A stretch of DNA of 64,000 nt from an uncultured Clostridium sp. (GCA_947064765.1 CAMSWH010000002.1:4976-68975); one strand, 5' to 3'. Counted from the stretch's first letter, positions 7,718 through 18,207 are shown. Notes: a model not told the origin generated them from the letters alone. Numbers and translations are program-made.

Positions 7718-9352
7718 TTAGTAATCTAAATAAAATCTATCTCCTACAAATTTATAATCAAGTTCTTTTAAATCATTTACAAATTTTGAATAATTTTCGT
7801 CCTTTTTATTGCTATCATCAGGAAGTTTATAAATTATATCATATATTTGCTCTATTCCATCAAATATAACTTCTCCATCATAATTTATTAGTTTCCACTT
7901 TAAATTACTTGGAAATCCATAATCATTAAATTCTACATTTTCTGTAGAGTCTAATACTAAATATACATTCTGTGATACAAACCTCGGATTTATTACTTGA
8001 TACTCTGTCTCAAAAACATTTCCATATTCATCATTTATAATTTTTGCTGAATCTTTTTTTGTTCTTACGATATATCTTCCATCATTACAAACATATATAT
8101 CTTTATATTCTTCTGATAATATATTTCCTTCTGAATCAATAAAATACGTTGTATCATTGCTATAATTTTTTATTAGCATTCTTTCTCCAAAAAAGTCTAA
8201 TATTTGTGCTTTTCCAGTCATAGGCATTTTTTTACCATAAGCTGTAAACCAACCTTGTGTTCTTTTTGAAGTTTCATAAAATGGTATAGTTCCATTTGAA
8301 AACAAGTATAAATAACTTGAATCATAATCTAAATATGTTGCATCTAAAGGTATCTTAATATTTAAATCTGCTTTTTTTGCAAGCTCATATTTATCTCCAA
8401 GTCCTAAATTTGATTGTGTAACAATTAAATCATATTCGTCATTATAATCATATCTATAAGTGTATTCTGAAGATACTACTTTATACTCTGGTACTCTATT
8501 TATATTATTTGTTATACCTTGAATTTCATATTTCATTTTTTCAGTTTGATGTAATGTATTTATATAAATATTTTCTAATTCTTCTAATTTTGCTTTATAA
8601 TTTTCATCTGCTGATTCACTTCTATATGACATAACTTTTCTTTTATTTTTTAATATAACTTCTGTACTTCCATTATTACATACTAAGGCAATATGGAACT
8701 TTTTATCATACACTGTTATTTCAACAAATGGACTAGCATAATCATAAATAAAATCAATTTTCACTTCTCCATTTTGATTAATATAACCATACTTTCCATC
8801 TTTTTTTACATTAATATAAGGTTCATCTATTCCTAATTCTGTTATATATTTAAAATAATCTTCTTTATATGAAAGCTCATTTTTATTTTCTTTATTTTTT
8901 ATACTTTGCCCTATTGAACTATATGTTAATGTAAATATTCCTATTATAGCTGTTGCTGCCATAATTACTATCGAAATTGAAATTGCTACTGTACTATCTA
9001 ACTCAACTAAATTTTCTTTCAAACTTTTAAATAAAATTATTAATCCAGAAATTATGCTAAAAGCTGCTATTACTGGCTCTTTTATAAATATGAAACTTAT
9101 CGTAAAAATTCCTATAATATATCCTGTATTAAACACAGTATCTGACCTATGGTTATAACTTTGAATTGCATCTATAATAGCAACCAGCGCCATAACTACA
9201 TACATTGCTCTAACTATCCAAGTTACAACAAAGCTTTCTTGAACCGTTAGTAAAGTTTTATCTTGTGGAACATATATTGTAAATGCAACAATTAATATTC
9301 CAAATAGCAAATTCATAAAACCTATACATAAATTTACAATTTTTCCTCTCAT
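7718..9352 (-). CDS. Multi-TM N-terminal domain fused to a WG-repeat (KWG-like) extracellular domain
   Basis: About four hydrophobic segments are followed by repeats of the type DGKYGYINQNGEVKIDFIYDYASPF. Confidence 0.6.
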   Translation of the reverse strand: MRGKIVNLCIGFMNLLFGILIVAFTIYVPQDKTLLTVQESFVVTWIVRAMYVVMALVAIIDAIQSYNHRSDTVFNTGYIIGIFTISFIFIKEPVIAAFSIISGLIILFKSLKENLVELDSTVAISISIVIMAATAIIGIFTLTYSSIGQSIKNKENKNELSYKEDYFKYITELGIDEPYINVKKDGKYGYINQNGEVKIDFIYDYASPFVEITVYDKKFHIALVCNNGSTEVILKNKRKVMSYRSESADENYKAKLEELENIYINTLHQTEKMKYEIQGITNNINRVPEYKVVSSEYTYRYDYNDEYDLIVTQSNLGLGDKYELAKKADLNIKIPLDATYLDYDSSYLYLFSNGTIPFYETSKRTQGWFTAYGKKMPMTGKAQILDFFGERMLIKNYSNDTTYFIDSEGNILSEEYKDIYVCNDGRYIVRTKKDSAKIINDEYGNVFETEYQVINPRFVSQNVYLVLDSTENVEFNDYGFPSNLKWKLINYDGEVIFDGIEQIYDIIYKLPDDSNKKDENYSKFVNDLKELDYKFVGDRFYLDY

Positions 9353-9370
9353 ATCTTACCCCATTTTGGT

Positions 9371-10051
9371 TTATTTCTTTTGTATTTCTCTACAAACTAT
9401 TTTATATATTTCTTCATGTATATCTTCTCTTGTTCTTATTTCATCTTCTTTTACACATTGTATTTCATTCCAATTGTATTTTTTTGCTAAACTACATGCT
9501 GCATTATAAGCTTCCTCAAGATGTTTTTCATCTCTTTCATGAATATCTTTTTTATCACTATGTGTAAATTTATTTTCTCTATTTTTTATAAGTTCCTTTA
9601 CTTTATAAGGTGGCATGTTTAGAAAAAATACTTCACTTGGAATTGGAAGTCCATATATATTAAATTCTAAATCAAATAACCATTTTATAAATTTTTCTCT
9701 TTCTTGCTCATTACTTATTTTTCCTGCTTGATGTACCATATTTGCAGTTGTATATCTATCTGCAAGTATTATCCCACCATTTTCATAATATTTTTTAAAT
9801 TCCTTTTGAAATGTTGCATATCTATCTGCTGCATAAAAAGTTGATGCTATATATGGACTTACATCTTTTGCATTTTCTCCAAATTCACCAGATAAATACA
9901 TTTTTACAAGTGATGATGATGGACTATCATAATTAGGAAAGCTGACTGTTTTGTAAGAAATTCCATCTTTCTCTAAATGTTCTTTTAATAAATCAAATTG
10001 TGTTTGTTTTCCACTTCCATCTGTTCCATCAATTACAAATAATTTTCCCAT
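9371..10051 (-). CDS. tmk: Thymidylate (dTMP) kinase family protein
   Basis: P-loop IDGTDGSGKQTQ, DRY motif and a lid region. Confidence 0.8.
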   Translation of the reverse strand: MGKLFVIDGTDGSGKQTQFDLLKEHLEKDGISYKTVSFPNYDSPSSSLVKMYLSGEFGENAKDVSPYIASTFYAADRYATFQKEFKKYYENGGIILADRYTTANMVHQAGKISNEQEREKFIKWLFDLEFNIYGLPIPSEVFFLNMPPYKVKELIKNRENKFTHSDKKDIHERDEKHLEEAYNAACSLAKKYNWNEIQCVKEDEIRTREDIHEEIYKIVCREIQKK

Positions 10052-10112
10052 ATTATTATTTCCTCTTAAATAAAATAAATTTTCCTATTTAATTTCGATT
10101 TTAAAATTAATT

Positions 10113-11714
10113 TTACTTTTTCTCAATTCTTGTAAATAATGGCTCTATATTTTCTAATTTTAATCCAGAATTTACAGTTATAAAATTCCAACTTGGATTT
10201 TCTATTTTTAAATATTCTCTGATTTTTTTACATGCTGTAGGCATTACCATTTCAAATAAATTAGAAAGATTTGCTATAATTACTGTACAAGTATAAATTA
10301 TATTATTAAATTCTTCTATATTTTCTTTTTTAGCTATCCAAGGTTCTTTTTCATCATAAAATTTGTTTCCAAGTTCTACAAGTTGCATTACTTTTCTTAT
10401 AGCTTCTCTGAATTCTAATCTTTCTATTAAATCTGAAGTTTCAGTATAAGTATTTTCAATTGCTTTCTTTATTTCTTCATCTAATTTTCCATTTGGTACT
10501 TCTTCTAAACCTTTAAATCTTAAAGTTCTATTAACTAAATTACCAAATTTATTTAAAATTTCTCCATTGTGTGTATTTTCAAAATCTTCTATAGTGAAGT
10601 TTGTATCTTTCTTTTCTGGTCCATTTGCTAATAAATGGAATCTTAAAGAATCAGAATTATATAAATCTAAAGCTTCTAATGCTGTCATTCCTATTCCTTT
10701 ACTTTTAGAAAATTTTTGATCATTAAAATTTAAGTATTCTGCTGAAACTATTGTATCAACTAAATGATAATTTTCTTCTTGACCTAATAATAAAGCATTC
10801 AAAATAATACTATGGAACATTATATTATCTTTTCCATGACACATATATATTTTATTATTATGTCCCTCTTTCCAAAAATCTTCCCATGTACAATCTGTTC
10901 TTTCTTCACAAAGTTTCATTGTATTTGTTAAATAGCCTAAAACTGCATCTATCCAAACATACATCTTTTTATCTTCATATCCATCAACTGGTATATCTAC
11001 TCCCCAAGTTAAATCCCTTGTAACTGCTCTATCTAAAAGACCTTGTTTTAAATATTTTAAAGTTTCATTTTGTGCATTAATTCTCCAATTAGATTTTACT
11101 TTTTCTGTCTGCTCTTCTATTTGTTTTTGAAATTTTGAAAGTGCTAAATATAAAACTTTATTTTCTTTTTCAACAATTTTTGATCCACAATCTATACAAT
11201 TTCCAACTTTTAATTCTTCTGTTGTTGGAACATGAAGACAAGAATCACATTGATCTCCTTTAGTTTCAGCTCCACATTCTGGGCAAGTAAGTGTTATTTC
11301 TCTATCTGATAAAAATTTATTACATTTTTCGCAATATGCTTGTGGTTCAATTTTTTCATATATATATCCATTATCATATAATTTTCTAAAAAGAACTTTT
11401 ACTTTTTCTTTATGATATTCTTCAAATGTTCTTGAGTATAAATCATATGAAAATTGATATCCATTAAACATTTTATTAAATTCTTCATCATATTTACTTG
11501 CTATTTCTTTAGGTGATACACCTTCTTTTTTTGCTCTTTCTGTAATTGGTGTTCCATGACAGTCTGAACCTGATACATATAAAACATTATCACCTTTTAA
11601 TCTATGATATCTTGCAAGAAAATCTCCTGAAATCAATCCTGCTATATGACCTAAATGTAATGAACTATTTGCATAAGGCCATGCTCCACCTATAATTATA
11701 TTTCTTTTTTTCAT
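10113..11714 (-). CDS. metG: Methionine--tRNA ligase
   Basis: HIGH-type SSLHLGHIAG, KMSKS-type KFSKSKG and zinc knuckles CEKC...CPEC. Confidence 0.95.
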   Translation of the reverse strand: MKKRNIIIGGAWPYANSSLHLGHIAGLISGDFLARYHRLKGDNVLYVSGSDCHGTPITERAKKEGVSPKEIASKYDEEFNKMFNGYQFSYDLYSRTFEEYHKEKVKVLFRKLYDNGYIYEKIEPQAYCEKCNKFLSDREITLTCPECGAETKGDQCDSCLHVPTTEELKVGNCIDCGSKIVEKENKVLYLALSKFQKQIEEQTEKVKSNWRINAQNETLKYLKQGLLDRAVTRDLTWGVDIPVDGYEDKKMYVWIDAVLGYLTNTMKLCEERTDCTWEDFWKEGHNNKIYMCHGKDNIMFHSIILNALLLGQEENYHLVDTIVSAEYLNFNDQKFSKSKGIGMTALEALDLYNSDSLRFHLLANGPEKKDTNFTIEDFENTHNGEILNKFGNLVNRTLRFKGLEEVPNGKLDEEIKKAIENTYTETSDLIERLEFREAIRKVMQLVELGNKFYDEKEPWIAKKENIEEFNNIIYTCTVIIANLSNLFEMVMPTACKKIREYLKIENPSWNFITVNSGLKLENIEPLFTRIEKK

Positions 11715-11742
11715 AATATTCTCTCCTGCATTTTTAATTTAC

Positions 11743-13119
11743 CTATTTTTGTTTTTCTCCACCATCTAATGAGTGTCCATAATGAGATTCATATCCTTCT
11801 ACTCCTGTTTTTTCTTCTTCTAGAGCTTCTGGCATTAAATGATCTAAACCTTTACTTGTTAATATATCTGCTCTTTCTTTATTTAAACTTCCTATTTTTT
11901 CATATACTTCTGAAAGTTCTCCTTTTTTATTTTCAAGTTTTGCTGTTGCTGGTTCTATTACATTTTCTATTATTTCTGGACTTGGATTATCTTCATATGC
12001 TTCAAGTGTACTAGCAATTTGCTCAATCTCCTCCTGAATTTTCTCAGCAATTTCTCTTTCTTTTTCTAATTCTGCTTCTATTTTTATCATTTCTGCATTA
12101 ACGTCTTTTTTTTCTTCCATACTTAAATCTTTAGGTTTAGCAATCAAATCATATTCTATAGTTTTTCCATTTGAGTCCGTAATGTAAATTTTTGAATCAT
12201 TATCTTCTAAATCTCTTACTCCATTTTGAGTTTTATCGTTCATAAGTTCAGTCATATCATTGTCATATTTCGAATTTTCTACTACTTTTTCTCCTTGTAT
12301 CATAATGACTTTGTCACTTAATCCTGCTCCACTATCAGCAAATCTTAAACAATAAACTTTTCCACCTTCTTTTGTTATTCCTGTGTTCCCTTCTAATTTA
12401 TCATTTATGCTTTCTGGATCATCTACTTCTAAAATTTGTTTTAGTCTTCCACCTTTATAGTTTTCTCTAAATTTTGAAACAGCATCTTTAGCACCTTCTG
12501 GTATTTCAGTTTCTTCTTCCTCAGCTTGTTTTGTATCTCTTTCTTCTTCACCTTCAACTGCTTTTACATCTGCATTAGGTGCTTTTTCTTTTATTTTTTC
12601 TACACTTTCCTTTGCATTTTTAGGGACTAATGTATCTTTTTCTACACCTTCTTTAAATTCTTGCAATGTTTTTGGCAATAATCCCTCTTTTGCCATTTCT
12701 GTACTAATAACACCTTCTATATTTTTTAGTCCTTTTGATAAAATTTCTTTTTGCATTCTTGGTGTTACAGCAAATTGTGATTCTTTTCCTTCTATATCTA
12801 AAAAAACACATGCCATATCTTGACCCTTCTGATTAACTATAACATCAACATGTTGTCCATTTTCTAAAGTAACTGGTATAACATATGTCCTCATTAATTT
12901 TTCATTATCTTTCATTGGCTCTGCAATATTTTTAAATTTTGGATCTGCATATTTCATATATTCAGCTAATGTTGTAATATTTTTTGTATCAATTGCTGCT
13001 CCCATTAAATTATGAGATTTTCCTTCTCTATCTATACAACTTGCATTCATAGATGATTCTGCTGCAACCCATGATTTATCTAAAAAATTTAAAGAACTTC
13101 CTCTTTCTAATCCACTCAT
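11743..13119 (-). CDS. Acidic 458-aa hypothetical protein with no TM or signal peptide
   Basis: GGAGGA RBS 5 nt upstream of ATG 13119. The ORF ends 28 nt before metG. It has an E/K-rich central and C-terminal part and no family I recognise. Confidence 0.6.
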   Translation of the reverse strand: MSGLERGSSLNFLDKSWVAAESSMNASCIDREGKSHNLMGAAIDTKNITTLAEYMKYADPKFKNIAEPMKDNEKLMRTYVIPVTLENGQHVDVIVNQKGQDMACVFLDIEGKESQFAVTPRMQKEILSKGLKNIEGVISTEMAKEGLLPKTLQEFKEGVEKDTLVPKNAKESVEKIKEKAPNADVKAVEGEEERDTKQAEEEETEIPEGAKDAVSKFRENYKGGRLKQILEVDDPESINDKLEGNTGITKEGGKVYCLRFADSGAGLSDKVIMIQGEKVVENSKYDNDMTELMNDKTQNGVRDLEDNDSKIYITDSNGKTIEYDLIAKPKDLSMEEKKDVNAEMIKIEAELEKEREIAEKIQEEIEQIASTLEAYEDNPSPEIIENVIEPATAKLENKKGELSEVYEKIGSLNKERADILTSKGLDHLMPEALEEEKTGVEGYESHYGHSLDGGEKQK

Positions 13120-13238
13120 TTTTATTCCTCCATATGAATAAAATTTATATTCATATTATATAGTTATATTATGATAATTTCAAGGTTTTTATTAAAAAAG
13201 TAAAACCTAAAATTTTCTATTAATCATAAATTTTTAAA

Positions 13239-13277
13239 TATAACTTTTATATATAACTTTTATATATAACTTTTATA
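13239..13277. repeat. Three perfect tandem copies of the 13-bp unit tataacttttata
   Basis: Read directly from the sequence; a partial fourth unit (taa) follows. Confidence 0.9.
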
Positions 13278-13293
13278 TAATTATTTAATACCT

Positions 13294-13332
13294 AGAAAGG
13301 TGAACACTTTTATTTCAAGTGCTCACCTTTCT
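13294..13332 (-). terminator. Terminator of the 13385-14524 gene
   Basis: 16-nt arms agaaaggtgaacactt / aagtgctcacctttct with one mismatch (an A/C clash on the minus-strand transcript) and a 7-nt loop. The stem is unusually GC-rich for this window. Confidence 0.6.
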
Positions 13333-13384
13333 GCTTTCAAAACAATTGCTTTGTTACTTTGTGGATCTTCGTAACTTTTACAAA

Positions 13385-14524
13385 CTACTCCTGTATGATA
13401 ATCCAATGCCAGCCCAAATCATCTTCTGAACTAAGTACTCCTGTACCTCTTCTGTATGCAGCATATTTCTGAATTTCGTTTGGAACAATCATTCTTAAGG
13501 CTCCATCTTCATTTTCAAAAATATAGCACCCAACATAGCCCATCCATGCTGAATAACGTGTTGTATATGACTGAAAAGTATCAATGTATTCTGCATTAGC
13601 CACATTGTTAACTTCTTCAGTAGTTACAACTGCTACCTCAAGACAAACAAACTCCTCTTTTCCGTTATTGTTAACAACATATGGCATATACAGTTTATTG
13701 CTATACTCATTGAATTTTGTAAGTATCATAATACCGTCATAAAATCCCAATATTTCATCTGGTAAAACTATCTTATCACCGACTATAGCATTATCCTTGT
13801 ATGCCGAAACAGTCGTCATATCTTCGCTTATCACAAATATATAATCTTTTTTAGCTTCGTCGCTTATATATTTGCTGTTAGCTGAAAACGGTACACCTGG
13901 ATCAAGAGTGAGCACTTCTTTTTCTATACTCTTTTCGGTTTTTCCGACTTTAATACGTCTGAATTCGTCATTCCAATATCCATATATTATGATATTTTCC
14001 CCTGACGAATAGATAGAGAAATTATGTAACTGCCATCCAAGATCGAAATTTACCGAAATCTCTGGATCACCGTTTGAGAAAAATTCTTCTTCGATTCGGA
14101 TTTTATTTTCTCCAAAATTATATTCCACACCGTCATAATTTTTAAAAATAGCCTTATCATAATCTGATTTTATAAACGAAGGAACATTCTCTGCATCCCA
14201 TGCAAAATCCCTATCCTTTAAGGGATCTTCCGTAAAACGTTCTACATTCAGTTCTTCCTTTTGTTCCATATACTTCAAAGTCCTGTTAAATGTCAGCCTG
14301 TTGTCACTTTTCTTTTCTACATACATACCCAAGGCAAAACTGATTAACAGTAATATTGCTACTCCCCAAAACCGTAATTTCGACTTCAGTTTCTTTGTTG
14401 CATATGTTCCTTCACATCTAATATTTATTGTAGCCTTTATAGGCTTGTTCTGCTGTTCTGTCTTTTCACTTGTGCCACCATTTTCCTTCGTTAAATTTCT
14501 TTCTTTGTTCATTTCTTTTCCCAT
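13385..14524 (-). CDS. Signal-anchored 379-aa hypothetical protein in a patch of higher GC
   Basis: AAGGAG RBS and a single TM (FWGVAILLLISFALGMYV). Hand-counted G+C is 37-40% in two 60-nt lines, against about 22% in the neighbouring gene. Confidence 0.6.
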   Translation of the reverse strand: MGKEMNKERNLTKENGGTSEKTEQQNKPIKATINIRCEGTYATKKLKSKLRFWGVAILLLISFALGMYVEKKSDNRLTFNRTLKYMEQKEELNVERFTEDPLKDRDFAWDAENVPSFIKSDYDKAIFKNYDGVEYNFGENKIRIEEEFFSNGDPEISVNFDLGWQLHNFSIYSSGENIIIYGYWNDEFRRIKVGKTEKSIEKEVLTLDPGVPFSANSKYISDEAKKDYIFVISEDMTTVSAYKDNAIVGDKIVLPDEILGFYDGIMILTKFNEYSNKLYMPYVVNNNGKEEFVCLEVAVVTTEEVNNVANAEYIDTFQSYTTRYSAWMGYVGCYIFENEDGALRMIVPNEIQKYAAYRRGTGVLSSEDDLGWHWIIIQE

Positions 14525-14778
14525 AATAATTTTCTCCTTTTGCCTTCATTTTTTTAGCTAATACTTCTGGTTTTTAAAACAAACATTCAATATTCAGTTG
14601 TAAATTTGTAAAATTGCTATCCCCCTTTCTCCAAAATAGAATTTTCTTACTTTGTTATATATTTTTATATAGGGATATATTATATCATATTTTTTCCCTA
14701 ATATCAATAAAATAGGCTTTATATTGTTACATATAAAACCTACTTTTTAGTTATATAGAATTAATTTGAAATCTTTAA

Positions 14779-17700
14779 TTATAAATCTTTATTGAATTTA
14801 GTTTTAGGATATAAATTATCTCCTAATAACTCTTCTTCAATACGAGCTTCTTCTCTTTGTCTTTCCTTTTCTAGTTCTTTATTTCTTTTACTTGCTTCAC
14901 GCAATTTCTTTTTCTCTACTTTTTCTAGTTTCTTTTGATCTTGAATTTGTTTTTTCTTTGCAACTTTTTCTGCTCTTTGTTGTTCTGCAAAGCTCTCTAA
15001 ACTTCTTGTATTATTTTTATTTATAACCTCTTGTTCAAGTTCTTCTACACTTTTTATTTTAACTTGATCAATAGATACATTATCAAAATAATCTTTAAAT
15101 TTATTTTTATTATTTTTTGCAATAGTTCTTATATCATCTTCTTCATATTTTGGAGTAAGATTTTCTGATTGGTGATTAGTTTCTGTTTTGTTGCTACTTG
15201 TAAAATTATTTGTATAACTATCTCTATACATATTTTGAAGTGTTTTTGATTTTAATTTTGTTTCATATAAACCTGCAAATCTATTCATTACTACTTTATC
15301 AGAAAATCTCATGTCATTAGATTTCCATAAATTATTTAATTGATATTCAAGTTCTATGTCATGTTTTCTTAATTCAAGTCTTCTTAATTCTTGACATCTT
15401 ATAATATAATCTATTCTTTTTTCACCAGGTAATCTATCATATTCTTTAGTTATACATCTTGCATAAGTTTCAGCTTTGTTTGACGCCATCTTTCTTTCAA
15501 GCCATACACAATCATCATAATCCGATAAAGTTGTATATACTAAAGTATCTACTCTTCTTGCTTGCTTTCTAGTTATTCCATAAAGGAACATTAATCCTTC
15601 TACTCTTTTATTTAATAAATATGCTGAGTAATGAGCTTTTACAAATCCATCAACTTTATCTACTCCTCTAACTAATTTTTCAGTAAAACAATATTTATTA
15701 AATGCTCTACATAGACCACCGTTATCTGGAGTTACTATTACTAATATAGTTTCTTCACTTAATTCATATTCACCATTAATAGCTTTTTCATTTGCTATTT
15801 TATTGTTTGTTATAGCTTTTTGAATTTCTTTTATACTATCTGTTTCATTAATTTTTCTATTTTGCACTTTTTTATTTATTGTATATTCTTCAATAATAGT
15901 ATCTTCGCCTTTTTCTAATACATATTTTTCTTCATTATATTCTTCTTGATTTTCAAATGTATCTTTTCTTATTTGACCTATTTTTCCACTTGCAACTTGT
16001 TTTATGTTTTTAGCAAATTCTACTATATTATTTTTTGCATTATTTAATACCATCATAGATTGTGCTCTGAAACCATTAAGATCCTTATTTTCATATACTT
16101 CTATTATAGGTTTTGTTTCTATAACTGGTACATCTTTTTGATTAATCTCTTCTACAACCTCTTTTTCTTTTACTGCTACTGTAACTTCTGAATTGATACT
16201 TTCAGAAATTATTTCAATTTTACCTTGTTTATTTTCTTCTGAAATATCATCTAATTTTAATTTAAGTTGTTCATCATTTTCTTTTTCTTCTATCTTTGTA
16301 TTTACTTGTATTGAATTAACTATTTTACTTTCAGATGCTATCTGCTCTCCAACTGGTAAAAATTTATGATTTTTTCTATTTTTTATTTCTTCAATAATGT
16401 CTTTTACTTTAATAGTTACAAAACTGCAAAGTTCCGCTATTTTTATACATCCGATTTTTATTTTAGAACATACAAATTTTATTCCATTTAGTATTTCATT
16501 TACCCTATCTCTTGTTGAAACTTGATTTTCTAATTTTTCTCTTACTCTAACTTTATTTATTATAACTCCTGCAATTCTTCCACCAACATTTTGTATATCT
16601 CTTTTTGTTTTCCATAAATCATCTTTTTTAGTCTTTTTATAATCTGATACTATTATTGTAGAGTTTGCTACTCTAGTTAAAATTAAAGAATCAACTGTTG
16701 TTAATGCTGGAGTTCCATCTATAATAACTACATCATAAAAAATACTTAAATCTTTAATCATTTCTTGTAATTTAGGTAATGTAAGTAATTCTGCTGAATT
16801 TGGTGGTTTTGTTCCTGATGTGATTACATTCAAATTTTTAACCTGAGTTTCATTAATGTATTTATTTATAAGCTCATTTATTTCAATTCCATTAGTATCA
16901 AGATTTGATAAATAATTTGATATTCCTAGATTATTTGGAATATTGAATATTTTTCCTAATCTTCCAGTATTCATATCTGCATCTATTAAAACAACTTTTT
17001 TACCAACTTCCGCAAAACTTATTGCCATATTTGCAGCTATATAACTTTTTCCTTCTCCTTTATGTGGACTTGTTATTAATATAATATCTTTCTCTTTTTC
17101 TTTACTATTTACATTTATAAATTTTATATTTGATCTTAATTCTCTAAAAGCTTTTGCTACTAAAGATTTCTGATTAACATATGCTATTAATTCTGAATTT
17201 ATTTTCCCTTTATTTAATCTTTTAGTATTTAAAGGTATAGAAATCAAATTTTTAAGTAAAAGTTCTGATTCTATATCTACACTTGTTTTTACATTTTTAT
17301 CTACTTTTACTGAAACAAGCATATATATTACACTCAAAGAAATTCCTATTACACTTGATAAGCCTATTACACCTACTATAGGAAAACTTTTTCTCTCTTC
17401 AACTATATGTGCTGTATCTACTATGTAGATTTCTGTATTTCCAAAAGTTTCTCTTATTTTCTCAGAAAAAATTTCTACTATTTCTTCTGCTATTTGTGAA
17501 GCTATTTGCGAATTAGTATTCTTTACTCTAATTCTTAAAGTATCAGAATCTGAAATTCTTTTTACTTCAATTTTCTTATTCAATTCTTTATTTTCAATTT
17601 GTAAGTTTAAATCTTTTTTTACTCTTGTAATTGTTGATTCACTCTTTATTATTTCTTCAAGAGTTGATACTATACTTTTAGATAATTCTAAATTACCTGT

Positions 17701-17874
17701 ACTTTTTGTTTTTTCATCAGCATCTTTTTCAATGTCTAATAGTAGCATAGTTGTTGAAGCTACATACTCTTTTGGTATAAAGCAAATAGAGTATATTACT
17801 CCAAGTAATATACAAATTAAAATTATTGAAATGATATATACTCTGCTTTGTTCTAATTTTTCCAAAAATAACAT
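14779..17874 (-). CDS. Fused Wzz (chain-length determinant) / BY-type tyrosine-kinase-like P-loop protein with a ~590-aa C-terminal extension
   Basis: Start placed at ATG 17874, preceded by GAGGG. A Wzz-like N-terminus (PKEYVASTTM) lies between two TM segments. Walker A is SPHKGEGKS, Walker A' is VLIDADMNTGRL and Walker B is VVIIDGTP. The remainder is a long unrecognised extension ending in a K/E-rich tract. Confidence 0.7.
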   Translation of the reverse strand: MLFLEKLEQSRVYIISIILICILLGVIYSICFIPKEYVASTTMLLLDIEKDADEKTKSTGNLELSKSIVSTLEEIIKSESTITRVKKDLNLQIENKELNKKIEVKRISDSDTLRIRVKNTNSQIASQIAEEIVEIFSEKIRETFGNTEIYIVDTAHIVEERKSFPIVGVIGLSSVIGISLSVIYMLVSVKVDKNVKTSVDIESELLLKNLISIPLNTKRLNKGKINSELIAYVNQKSLVAKAFRELRSNIKFINVNSKEKEKDIILITSPHKGEGKSYIAANMAISFAEVGKKVVLIDADMNTGRLGKIFNIPNNLGISNYLSNLDTNGIEINELINKYINETQVKNLNVITSGTKPPNSAELLTLPKLQEMIKDLSIFYDVVIIDGTPALTTVDSLILTRVANSTIIVSDYKKTKKDDLWKTKRDIQNVGGRIAGVIINKVRVREKLENQVSTRDRVNEILNGIKFVCSKIKIGCIKIAELCSFVTIKVKDIIEEIKNRKNHKFLPVGEQIASESKIVNSIQVNTKIEEKENDEQLKLKLDDISEENKQGKIEIISESINSEVTVAVKEKEVVEEINQKDVPVIETKPIIEVYENKDLNGFRAQSMMVLNNAKNNIVEFAKNIKQVASGKIGQIRKDTFENQEEYNEEKYVLEKGEDTIIEEYTINKKVQNRKINETDSIKEIQKAITNNKIANEKAINGEYELSEETILVIVTPDNGGLCRAFNKYCFTEKLVRGVDKVDGFVKAHYSAYLLNKRVEGLMFLYGITRKQARRVDTLVYTTLSDYDDCVWLERKMASNKAETYARCITKEYDRLPGEKRIDYIIRCQELRRLELRKHDIELEYQLNNLWKSNDMRFSDKVVMNRFAGLYETKLKSKTLQNMYRDSYTNNFTSSNKTETNHQSENLTPKYEEDDIRTIAKNNKNKFKDYFDNVSIDQVKIKSVEELEQEVINKNNTRSLESFAEQQRAEKVAKKKQIQDQKKLEKVEKKKLREASKRNKELEKERQREEARIEEELLGDNLYPKTKFNKDL

Positions 17875-18207
17875 TTTTATCCCTCGCATAATAAAATAAA
17901 AGACACAAATAATAAGTCATAACTCTCACTTGCATCTTTTGTAAACTTAAATTCTTTTACTATTATAGCAGATTTCTTTTAATATTTCAATACTTTTAAA
18001 TAAATTTACATAAAATATGGTAATTATTTTTTTATTTTATGTAATCTTAATGCAACTAACAAATAACTTTTTCTATTTTTATAACTATAAAAATCTTTCT
18101 TAAATATAATGCCCATATAAAAATAGAAGTAATCATATGTAATAATTTAAACGTCAAAAAAGCACACTATATGTGTGCTTTTATATTTTTAATTTGGTTA
18201 GTTTTTA

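Noticed and set aside
13239-13277. Tandem 13-mers considered as a possible CRISPR array
   Set aside because: The units are directly abutting with no spacers, there are only three copies, they are far shorter than CRISPR repeats, and there are no cas genes.
10052-13384. T-box or other leader upstream of metG, and likewise upstream of hisS at 50607
   Set aside because: metG is 28 nt from the preceding ORF and hisS is 3 nt from the MBL gene, which leaves no room for a leader RNA.
17729-17935. Listed 68-aa minus-strand ORF overlapping the start of the kinase-like gene
   Set aside because: It is out of frame with the well-supported long ORF and has no RBS. The better start for the long gene is ATG 17874.
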